Assembly: GCA_001275005.1 (NCBI GenBank)
Contig: JWZX01001780.1
Coordinates: 1 to 41,329 of the forward strand
Direction of reading: 5' to 3'
DNA length: 41,329 nt
From: Chrysochromulina tobinii
Taxonomy: Eukaryota
Positions 23,713-34,386 of this stretch are shown here, one piece after another (position 1 is the stretch's first letter; every line of letters starts with the position of its first letter). The notes beneath the pieces are model-generated. The model was not told the DNA's origin and made no database searches. It saw only the letters and a list, made by a program, of their open reading frames with translations. Both the position numbers and the translations under genes were made by a program.

Positions 23713-24840
23713 TCACATTCTAATTCTTTGGCGCGGATGCGGGCGCGACACACTAACAGGTGTCCTATAACAGGGACACGGTACTACACGCCTGGAAAAC
23801 TGCGAGCAAGTAGGGTGCCGTGAGTTGCACCGCAGCAGAGCAGTGAGCATCTCATTGTAGCACGTCATGCGCGAGTTGGCGCATAGCAGCAGCCTGAATA
23901 CGTCGAGAATCTTTCGCATCATGTGCTCCTCCTTGCTTGCCACTAACTGGCTCAGATCTGCCTGGTCCAGCGCCTCCAGCTTCTGCTTCACCTCAGCCCA
24001 CTCCGGCCTGTTGAACTCGTCGCGCACCACCTGGTTGCCTCTGACACGTGGCCACTGGACACTGGCTGTGACTCCATCATGAAGTCTCATCTTGCCGTTG
24101 TCAGACACGTCAACACGGAGTTGCGCTCCGTCGTACGCATTGACGGCGATGAAGCCTTGCGCGTCGCGCTCCTCGCGCATCGACATGGGCCCGGCACTGG
24201 AACGCCAGGGTTCTTGCCCGGGACAAGGAACCCTGGCTGACGCCTGACCGGTCACCGCCGTCGAATACCCCCAGCTGCCCGGCGCCGAGTGGGCATGAGA
24301 ACATTGGTGAGCGGAGCCTGGTCCCTGGTGGCCAGGGAGCAGCGAAAACGCGCACGTATGTGGGCACGTTTCGCGCTTTGTGCCCACACATTCCGCCGCC
24401 TCCGGCTGGACAAGTGCAGCGAGCATCGTGCCAGCAGCGAGCATGCGCAGCACAAAGGTGGCTGGCTCCCGATCGGTTGCGCTGACCACAGTCGGTGGAA
24501 ACGCGACGCTCGTGCCAAATGTGCAAGGAGGGCCTCTTGTGCAAGGAGGTCCGGCCCGATGGTGATGCCGCCGTATTCCTTGAAGGAGAGGATAGCGGTG
24601 AGAGCATAGCCAATGCGTGCGGTGATTGGCATGTTTGTCTCGAGTACAAGGGCTCGAGTACAGGTACTCAGGTAGTTGGTAAGGTAGTTGGACTGTGTTC
24701 CTTGCTCTCGTTATGCTCAAGGGTTTCATAGAGCACCATACCTGACTGTTGAAGAAGGTGGCCATTCTGTTCTCCAAGGTCATGACGCCATACGTTTCAG
24801 CGTCCAATCGATCCTCGTGCGTTATTAGGTAGACACGCAC
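23713..24840 (-). pseudogene. Degenerate coding remnant, possibly Helitron Rep-like fragment
   Basis: ANSRMTCYNEMLTALLRCN resembles the YN..L....CN motif of Helitron Rep proteins; patchy frames; no helicase motifs seen. Confidence 0.3.
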
Positions 24841-25016
24841 AAACGCACAATAACATCAGGTCGCGCCACCTCGAGGCACACAACACGTAAGCAGCACAAC
24901 CGTGAAAACAATACAGGACTTTCCTTCCTTTCACAGATTCCATGAGTGTGAACGACGTTCTTGGAACTTGCCAAAACAAGACTTGACTTTTGACGAGCCT
25001 CTCTTTCTTGGGCAAT

Positions 25017-25964
25017 ATGAGCGCGGGATCAAGGCGAGTGGCGGGAGGCAGCCAGGACGTGGTGGCGGGCGCACGCGTGTACATTTCTGGTTTGGTGCGA
25101 CGTACTGACCTGAATGGCTGCGTGGCCGAGGTTGGCAGCTGGCTCGAGTCCGAAGGGCGTTGGAGCGTCACCTGCGCCGGAGCAGTCATTGCAGTCAAGG
25201 AATCGCATCTGACAGCAGCATCGCATGCCGGCCCGTGCGGAGCCTTAGGTCGATGGTATGAGGTTTATCTCAACCACGCCGCGGCCGAAGCCGCCACCTG
25301 TGCCGCGGATGCTCTTGCCGATTCGAACTCGATCTTGGTACAGGGCAACGTCGCAAGCCCGGCCGAGTGTGAAGTCCTAAAGGCGTTCGCGGCTTCAAAC
25401 TACGACAAGCTTTACGGCAATTCCTCACCTGCATCCTGGGCTGGACCCGGAGGAGCCTCGGGCACGGGGCGTGCGCGCATGGCCCTCGCACGTATGGGTA
25501 GCACCAGTTTCATCGATGCCGAAGGACAGCTGCTGTGCGAAACTCTGCTCGTACGCTCTCTCAAGCTCCTCGATGCGCAGCTACCAACGCTTCACAAACG
25601 TCTCTTTTGCGCGTGCCCACAGACGTGCGTGGCCAACGCGAAGCTCACGTTTTCGCAAGGGGAGCCTGCCATCAACATTTACGATCGAGGCGGGGCATTC
25701 GACGCGCACACGGATAAGCAAGCGCTGACCATCTTGATCGGGCTCTCTGAGGGCGATGAATTTGAAGGCGGGGGCACCGCGTTCTATGCAAATGACCGTG
25801 TGGCGAGCGACCAATCTAACTTGGCCGAGCTCGATCGTACCGAACCCTCCCTTATACTACGTCCACCCGCTGGCTGCGCTCTGTGCTTCGGCGGGCAGGC
25901 GGTTCATCGCGCCATTCGGGTGGAGTCGGGACGGAGAATCATGTTAGTCGCGAGCTTCACATGA
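25017..25964 (+). CDS. 2OG-Fe(II) oxygenase (prolyl-4-hydroxylase-like) with N-terminal SH3/KOW-like module
   Basis: INIYDRGGAFDAHTD (HxD), FEGGGTAF, H..RVESGRRIMLVASF; N-terminal GARVYISGL...LNG...GRWSV...KESHL. Confidence 0.85.
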   Translation: MSAGSRRVAGGSQDVVAGARVYISGLVRRTDLNGCVAEVGSWLESEGRWSVTCAGAVIAVKESHLTAASHAGPCGALGRWYEVYLNHAAAEAATCAADALADSNSILVQGNVASPAECEVLKAFAASNYDKLYGNSSPASWAGPGGASGTGRARMALARMGSTSFIDAEGQLLCETLLVRSLKLLDAQLPTLHKRLFCACPQTCVANAKLTFSQGEPAINIYDRGGAFDAHTDKQALTILIGLSEGDEFEGGGTAFYANDRVASDQSNLAELDRTEPSLILRPPAGCALCFGGQAVHRAIRVESGRRIMLVASFT

Positions 25965-26028
25965 CCGCTCATGAATTGAGGCACGATGCTCCCTTTTAAG
26001 TAGACTAACTTGGCGTCACGCGCGCAAA

Positions 26029-26937
26029 CTATAGCCGCGGGTATTCAATGGACAACACCGTGCTCAGTGAAAGCCCGACGCTACCGGCCCCGCCGGATGT
26101 TGTTCCATCGAGGCCAACTAGGCGCATGTGCCATTGCCGTTCGCCGTGGCTCGGCTCGGGTTGGGGTTCAGGACGCGGCGGCGGCGGTGCGGGCGCCAGC
26201 GCTGGCGGGGTGGGGCGCGGCGGGAAAGATGCACTTCGGTAGCTCACGCCGCATGCACGGCTCCCAAACACATCGCTCTGATTCACAGCGATCGTGCCCC
26301 ATCCGCTGTGCACGGGTCGTGCGACGAATGCTCGCCGAGCACTGGATCGCCGACGCGGCGCAGCAAGGCCAGGATTGCCGCCAGCCTTTGCACGGAGGGG
26401 CGTTGTCTGATCCATACGATTGTGCTTCACATAGGCTGCTGGGCTCACACAGTGACGGCCATCTGTACGCTCGGCGTGCCAGTGTGGGTTCGTGTGCGAA
26501 CCACCAGCTTCCCGACCCGTGTCCGCCATCTCAATCTCTTCCATTTCATCAGCATCGGCTGTCGAAGTCACGACAAGGGGCAACTGGTTCACTCCTTTGC
26601 CCGCGGGGTCGAACCGGTACCAAAGTCCCTTGTACTGCAGCCCAATCGCGGGTCTGATAGAGCTTGACGGCATCTGAAGGCGGCGGGCAACTGGTATGCT
26701 TCGAGTTGGTGGTCGGCTGGGCGTTCTCATGACGGTGGCAGGTGCTTTTCGGGGTTCATCGGTCAGGGTAGCTGGTTGCCATGAATGGCGGAGGTCCCTA
26801 TGTAAGCCCCATTGTACGTACGTGCCTTCGACTCGGCCTAGCAGAGGTGGTATTGGGTCTGCAGCACGAATGGGCTTCTTAGCGAGCGTGGCAGACGGAG
26901 CCTCAGCGACTCGGACGATTGGAGGGTCGGACTCCAT
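26029..26937 (-). CDS. Hypothetical protein (302 aa)
   Basis: ATG-initiated ORF filling the gap between two genes, divergent from TTLL; no recognisable domain. Confidence 0.5.
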   Translation of the reverse strand: MESDPPIVRVAEAPSATLAKKPIRAADPIPPLLGRVEGTYVQWGLHRDLRHSWQPATLTDEPRKAPATVMRTPSRPPTRSIPVARRLQMPSSSIRPAIGLQYKGLWYRFDPAGKGVNQLPLVVTSTADADEMEEIEMADTGREAGGSHTNPHWHAERTDGRHCVSPAAYVKHNRMDQTTPLRAKAGGNPGLAAPRRRSSARRAFVARPVHSGWGTIAVNQSDVFGSRACGVSYRSASFPPRPTPPALAPAPPPPRPEPQPEPSHGERQWHMRLVGLDGTTSGGAGSVGLSLSTVLSIEYPRL

Positions 26938-27009
26938 TTACCGGTACATGTTCTCCCGGCGTCTCGTTACCGTTCAGCGGAAAATGGGTGTGATGTGTCC
27001 CGTGTTGTT

Positions 27010-29444
27010 ATGATGTGTCTCGTGTGTGCACCGGCTCCCAACGGTGTTTTTGCACGAGGTCAGTACGGGTTCCGGGAACTTTGTCTCAAGTGCTACGGGT
27101 ACATGGACGACCGGCTGGGTGTGACCCGCTCCCGGCAAACCGCCCGCGCGGTCATCGCTCGCGTCAATCCGGCCAAGGGCATGACGTTCGACGCCTCAAT
27201 GTGCAAGTACCGGGCCGTGCCGGCGGTGGCCGCTGCGCTCGGCTATACGGTGTTGACTGCGGAGGATGAGCGGGATCCCAATGCGCCGCCGGGCTGGAAC
27301 CTCTTCTGGACAGACCTTTCGGTCAGCCACCAGCGCGTTGCTGCGCTGCTCCCGCTGCAGAAAGTCAATCATTTCGCGGACATGACGACCTTGTGCAACA
27401 AGGCAACGTGCGCCAGCGTACTCAAGCGCGTGAGCCGCTCCTTCCCGCTCGAGTACAACTTCTACCCGCGGAGCTGGAAGCTGCCCAAGGAGGCGGCGGC
27501 GCTCCGCAAGCTCATGCTCAGCCCTGAGGCGCCGCGCGTGCTCATTGTCAAGCCCAACCGCGGTTGTCAGGGCGTCGACATCTCCATCTGCTGCACGAAC
27601 GACGAGCTCGACACAGCGCGTCAGGAGATGGGCCAGCAGTGCGTGGCGCAGGAGTACGTGGACAAGCCGCTGCTGCTCGACGGGTACAAGTTCGACCTGC
27701 GCATCTACGTGTGCGTCACGTGCTGCTCGCCCCTGCGCGTGCACTTGTATCGCGAGGGCATCGCGCGCCTGTGCACCGAAAAGTACGAGGCGCCCTCGGC
27801 GGGAGGACCGGCCATGATGGCGCCGCCGGCTGCCGCTGCGAGCCAATCTCCGCGTAGCTCGGCCAGTCGGCCAATGTCGGCGATCTCGGCCGCCAGGGCG
27901 GCGGGCAGGGTGGCTGCCAAGGCGACTGGTAAGGCGGACGCCAAGGGCAGTGCCAGCAGCAGCAGCGGCAGTGGCGCGAGCAACAGCAGAAATGAAAGCG
28001 GCTCGTCAACGGTCGCCCAGGCGGGGATGGAGGGAGTGTCCCCGTCAGGCAGCACCGCCGCGGGTGCCCCGGGAGCCGCAGCGTCGGATGGCGCGAGCTC
28101 GAGCGGCGCAGGCGTGCGCGCGCCCAAGACGGCGTCCAAGGTGACGGCGGCGGCGGCGGCGACTGACTGGCGCTACCGGCATCTGACGAACTATGCGATC
28201 AACAAGACGCATCCCGACTTCGTTGTGGGTGGTGAGGACGGCTCCTCGAAGCGGCTGCTCACCGAGCTGCTCGACACGCTCCGCCGCGACGGCTTCGACG
28301 TGGACATGCTCTGGGGGGAAGTACAGCAGCTGGTGGTCAAGACGCTGATCGCCGTGCAGCCGCACATAGCGCATTCGTATACGAGCTGTCGGCCCGCGAC
28401 GGACACGCACCCGTTCTCGTGCTTCGAGCTCCTGGGCCTCGACCTGCTCATTGATGAGAGTGGGCGCCCGTGGCTGCTCGAGGTGAACCACTCGCCCTCG
28501 CTCGAGCGCTGTGTGCTGATGACCGATGATGACCACTGATGACCAATGATTGCTTCCCTCATCAGGTGAACCACTCGCCCTCGCTCGCGACCGACACGCC
28601 CCTCGACCGCGAGCTCAAATCTCGTCTGCTCTCGGATACGATTCGACTCTGCTCCTTCTCGGCCGCCGAGGCGCGCTTGGTAGCACGCGCGGCGGAGCGG
28701 CGCGACGCGGCGCCCGCCGCGATCCCGAAGCTGCGCCCCATCGCCGAGCCGGGCTCCTCGGAGCGCTCACGGCGGCTCAGTGCTGACGGCGGCATCTCGA
28801 CGCTGCGTGCACGCCTAGAGGTCGCGCGTGAGCGTTCGAGGAGCGCTACGAGCGCTACGAGCGGCTTCAGCTCGGTCGCGGCGTCCTTTGGCTTCGGCGC
28901 GCGCGGGCTGGAAACACGACTCGGGATGCCCGGCGTCAAGCAGCAGCTCGTGCAGCAAGGCCTCGCGGAGCGCCGCCAGCAAGCAGAGCTGACCCAGGCG
29001 GAGCTGCTACGGTTGCGGGAAGAATATGAGGCGGCCAATTCGAGCTCATTCGAGCTCGTCTTCCCGGCGCCACATGAGAAGCTCCAGTCTCTCTATGAGA
29101 TGCTGCTCAACGCGTCGCTGCGCGCGTACATCGAGGAGTCCCCCGTCAACTTCAACGGCGGTGCGCGCGTGCCCATCCCGCCGCTGCTGCCACCCGACGC
29201 TGGTGCCGACTGGTGGTCGATGATCAAGCTCGGGCGCGTGGGCGAGCGCATCCTGCAGATGGGCAGTGACGCACCCAGCGCCATCGCGCGCTCGGCACAG
29301 CGCGACGCGGTCGCTTCGCGTACGGCGCGTCCGGGGGGGGAGCGCGAGCACTGCCGACCGACGGGCGCGCCGCCGGCCGACGAGGAGGACGGCGTCGACG
29401 GCGACGACGCCTCCGCTGGCCACTGTGTGACCTCGGAGATGTGA
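27010..29444 (+). CDS. Tubulin-tyrosine-ligase-like polyglutamylase (TTLL6/7/11/13-like); intron 28483-28565
   Basis: WNLFWTD, QKVNHF, FYPRSW, IVKPNRGCQG, QEYVDKPLLLDGYKFDLRIYV, HLTNYAINK, CFELLGLD, PWLLEVNHSPSL..DTPLD. Confidence 0.92.
28483..28565 (+). mobile_element. Introner-like intron (83 nt), motif A, 24-nt perfect flanking duplication
   Basis: AGGTGAACCACTCGCCCTCGCTCG at 28481-28504 and 28564-28587; TGATGACC(A/G) 10-mers; ends GATTGCTTCCCTCATCAG. Confidence 0.9.
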
Positions 29445-29983
29445 TCTCGGAGTGATCTCGGCCAGCAGGCGTCGTGCTGGGCGATTCGGAGCTGCCACCG
29501 TCCATGATGGTTGATGTACGGTAGAGGCGGCTGCTCCATGTATTCGTGGACGGAGGGAAATGCAGGATCAACTGGGCGGCATCGAAGATATGGGGCCCGG
29601 CCATTCAAAGCTGAGAGCTGTATTGCATCGTTGGCAATCGTTCGAGACGTTCGATCGGATCGTTGATCGTCGTCACGGGAAGCTCGGTGCGTGCCCGGGT
29701 ACCGACTTATCTTCACCACTTCAGTAACTTTAGTCTGTACATCCGCTAAGTACCGTATCCCACAATCGATCAAGAACCGCCCGTGGCCGTGCCGACTTAC
29801 ACATGCGCGATGCTCGAACCAAATTCGATTGTTCATCCGCGCCCCCCTCGCGGCCGGCCGGACTTTATTCGGTTGGCGTCGACAATGATCGGACTTGCCG
29901 TGGCCCCGTGGCTGCACAGGACGCCGAATGGACCACGTAATTACGTTCTACCGCTCCACCGGCGCACCGCCGACCCAACGGCA

Positions 29984-32900
29984 TTATGGATTCGCCGCCT
30001 GGGCGCTCAGCCACTGGGCCAGTGACTGGGCGCCAAGCCGATACCTCGACCCCGTCTCCGTCCACACGCACGAGGCAGGGTAGTCACGACGCTCGGGCGG
30101 CACAAAGCTCGTAGTCACCCACTTGCCGTCACCCACGCCCGGCTTGCCGTACACGCGCCCTCGGAAGCGACCGTCCGCAGTCAGGCTCCACTCCTCGAGC
30201 AGAGGGGCAGCGCTCGGGGCAGCGCTCGGAGGACGCACCACCTCGGAAGACGATGAGGCAACGGAGGTGGGTCCCGCGCCAGTCGCAGGCACGGCAGCCG
30301 TGACACCAGCCCTCGTGGCAGCGGAGGCCGATGCGCTGGCTGACGCGGCGGCCGGAGCAGCGCGCAGGGCCGCCTTACCCTTGGGTGGTGGTGCGCCGAG
30401 CGGTGGAGGCGCCGTGTCGAGCGGTGGAGGCGCCATGCCGCGCGGTGGAGGCGCCATTGACAGCTGCGGCGCCATTCGTGGCGCCTTGGAGGCAGGAGCC
30501 GCATCCACGGCTCCCGTCACGGCGCCACTCGTAGCACCTCCATCCCTGGCGGCAGCCACGGCAACGCGCTTCTTCCCAGCGCTCGGGGCAGGTGTGCCTT
30601 CGCCCGGCGCGACGCCACCAGGCGGTAGCGACGGTGGTCCGGTTCCAGCACTCGCACCGGAGTCGAGACAGCACCAACGGCCGTACTTGATCGGAACGGG
30701 TACGTGCGGAGCGGGTGGAGGCGCAGAGTCCGCCCTCGGTGCGCTGAGGTGGGCACTCGCGCCGTAGTGAGCACTTGCATGCGAGCCGGCCCTGGGTGCG
30801 CCGGCGGAGGCCTCGTTGCTCGCGTCGGTGTCGGCTATGCGTTTGTCTCGGCGTGAGGGCAGGCGGGCAATGAGCGGGGCGGGTGCGACGAGTGGCGCCG
30901 AACCCGCCGACCCTGCCGAGCGGTCGACACACTGCGGACCATCTCCAAGCTTGCTGACCATTCCCATGCCTGCCGTTACAGCCGCCGATGAAGATGCCAC
31001 ACTCTTCTTGCCCGCGGCCGCCGTCACCGTCGCCGCCGGCGGCGGCGGCCTTGCTGCGCCCACAGCGGCCGCGCCCGCGCCCTTGGGTGCGCCGCGGCCG
31101 GAGGTGGCTGTAGGGGCGGCGGGCGGCTCGACGAAGGTTGGGCTCTCCGGCTGCGGCGGCCGCGGTCGCTTGCTTGAGAGCTCGCCGTCGAAGGAGCCGT
31201 CTAATGAGAGTCCATCGACAGAAGCGTGATCGACCTCGTGACGAGATTGTCGAGATTGACGAGACTGATCGGCCTCGCGACGACGGCGCTCGGACGCACG
31301 GCGCTCCGCCTCGCGCGGCGGCGGCGGCTGCGGCGGCGGCGGCGGCGGCTGCAGCTGCGGCGGCGGCTGCTGTCTCTTCTCCACTCGCTTCGCCTTGCGC
31401 GCCGAGTCCTTCTCGGCCTCGACCTCGCGCTTGAGCCGCTGCGCCTCGGCTCGCTCCTTGTCGCGCGCTTGCTGCTGCCGGCGCTGCTGCATCTGCTGGA
31501 ACTTGGCCCAAAAGTCGGGGTCGTCGAGTGGCAACTCCTCTCCGTCTCCAACGGCCGCCCGAAACGAGGCGCGTGCAAACAGCGACGAGCCGCCGCTGCC
31601 ACCTCCGAGGCCGCCGCCGCCGCTGCCGATCACGCCACCGCCGCCCATACCGGCCGAAGAGCCTTTAGAGGTCGATGTGGCAGCATCGGCCGCTGCTTCC
31701 CTCTCTGCGGCATCGAGCATCTCGTCAAGGTCTTCCTCTCCGTACCCCGGGTCGTCCGCGTCCGAGCGGAGCAATCCATAGGCGCCCCAGCGCAACAGGT
31801 CCTCGATTTCGGCGCGGCTCAGCCCGCTGCGCTCGCTTGCGCCCCGGGAGAGCGGACGCGCCGCGCCGCCGCCGCCTTCAGCGGGCACGGCGACAAGGTC
31901 GGCATCCACCAGGTCGCCGTCCACCAGGTCGGCATCCACCTTCGCATCCGCTACCTCCGCATCGTCGGCCTCGCCGCCCTCGCCGTCGGCGCTCTCGCCC
32001 ATCAAATCGAGCTTCGGGGGCCGACGCGGGTGCGTCTCGGCCTTCGCCGTTGCAGCTGGCCCGACGTCAACAAGCACCTCGTGCGCCGCGCCGAAATCTC
32101 CCCCTTGGAGCAGCGCGTGGTCAAGGGAGAGCTTCTTCATGGCCCGATCGAGCATGCGCTCCTCGTACGTGCCACGCGTCACGAGCCGGTAGACTTGCAC
32201 AGGCCGCTCCTGCCCAATGCGGTGCGCGCGCGCCTGGCCCTGCATATCGCCTTGTGGGTTCCAATCGGAGTCGAAGATGATGACTGTGTCGGCCGCCGTC
32301 AGGTTGATGCCCTGTCCGCCCGCGCGCGTCGTGAGCAAGAAGACGAAGCAGGCCGCGTCGGATTGGAACCGATCGATGGCCCTCTGGCGCGCGTCCCCCT
32401 TGACGGTGCCGTCGACGCGCTCGTAGTCGCCGAGCACCGGTGCACGCAGCTCAAGGTAATCTTCGAGTAAGTCGAGCATGATCGCAAACTGCGAGAAGAG
32501 GAGCACCTTGTGCCCGCGCGCCTTGAGGCGTGGCAACAGCTTGTCGAGCAGAACCATCTTGCCTGAGGAGTCGACGAGGGTCCGTACACCCTGCTCCACC
32601 GTCGCGCTCAGCCTCGATCGACGCTCCTCGAGACCCAAGTTGAGCGCCGAGTTGAGCGCCGGGTTGAGCGCCGAGTTGAGCGCCGAGTTGAGCGCCAAGT
32701 TGAGCGCCGAGTTGAGCGCCGGGTTGAGCGCCGGGTTGAGCGCCTCGCTCGCCGACGCCGCAGTCGAGGCTCGAGCGATGCGGGGTCGGTTGCCTGCCGT
32801 GGCCTTGGCATCAAGCTTGACGCTCGCCGGCAACGCGGGCGCGGGCGTGGGCGCAGGGGCGACAGGTGCCGGCGGGGGTAGCTGGCAGAGCTGCTCGGCG

Positions 32901-34346
32901 GCGAGCTGCGCACTCACGAGGGCAGCCTGCTCGCCCTCCGTGCCTCTCTCTAGGAGCATCGGGTGGTTACAGGCCTTGCGCAGCTGCATGAACACGTTGC
33001 GCAGCGACGAGCGCGGGTTTTGGATGTGCTCCACCGAGCAGTCCATCAGAGCGCGGTACACGCGCATCTGCGAGGGCGTGAGAGACACCTTGAGCAGTGT
33101 CTCTCTCTTCGTAGGAAGTGGCTGAGTGAGCTCGGCCTTGGTGCGACGCAGCACGTACGGGCGTAGCATCTGCTGCAGCTCCACTACCTGCTCCGGTCGC
33201 CGCAGGTCACCGTACCGGCTGAGTAGCTCGGGACGACGCGCCTCCCCGAAAGCCTCCTCGTCCAAAAAGGACATCAGACCGAGGAGCTCTGGTACGTCAT
33301 TTTGCACTGGCGTGCCCGTGAGCAACGTGCAGTGCGGCACCTGCAGCGCGCGCAGCGACGCGGCGAATTTGGTGCGTGGGTTCTTGAGCCGGTGCGCCTC
33401 GTCGACGATCAGATACTGCCATGGGATGGCCGAGATCGCTGCGAGCTCAGCCGTGAGCCCCTCGGGCGCCGTAATGAGCACATGGTACCGCCGGCAGCCG
33501 GTGCGCCGCTGGCGCGCATCCGTGTGGTGCTCCTCGTTCGCAAGCAGCGAGTGGCGCGCCTCGGCGGGGCCGGTGAGCACCACGCCGCTCAGAGAGGTCC
33601 AGGCGCGCACCTGAGGAGGGAGGCAATCATTGGTCATCAGTGGTCATCAGTGGTCATCAGTGGAAGAGGGCCGCATGCAGCGACGTCCAGGCACGCACCT
33701 CACGCTCCCAGTGTGCGAGCGTCGAGACGGGCGCGACGACCAAAAAGGGACCTTGCACGTTCCGATGGCGGCTCAGCCATTCGAGCGTGAGCAGCAGCTG
33801 GCATGTCTTACCCAGCCCCATCTCGTCCGCCAGGATGGCGGAACGGCCCGCGTGCCAGCATGCCAGCAACCAATTAATGCCCTCGAGCTGGTAGCCACGC
33901 AGCGCACGCCCCGGAGGCAGCTGCAGCTCCGGCTCGGTCTGGGGTCGGAAGGGTCGGCTCCTCTCAACAGCCCGCATCTCATCGGAGGGCGCAGGCAGAG
34001 GTGGGCGCACCAGCAGCGCGTGGCAGCGGCGCCATGCCTCAGCGGCGCCACATAGCCGGCGCGCGCGCGCCCACGGTAGCCAGGAGAGCTGCGCATAGTC
34101 AAGGCCACGCCACTTGATCAGCACTAACGAGCGCCGGCGAGGCGGCGTTTGTGCGGCAGCAGCGGCAGCAGCGGCAGCAGCGGCAGCAGCGGCAGCAGCG
34201 GCAGCAGCGGCAGCGGTCGATGGCACTCGCCCGGCCTCTGCCGCTGGACCGGCAGAGCAACCCCCGCTCGGGCGCCCTTCTGGCGCGCCCTCCCGATGAC
34301 GAAAGGGCGTGTCGTTGTCGCCGCCGCCGCCGCCGCCGCCGCCGCT

Positions 34347-34386
<40 letters not shown>

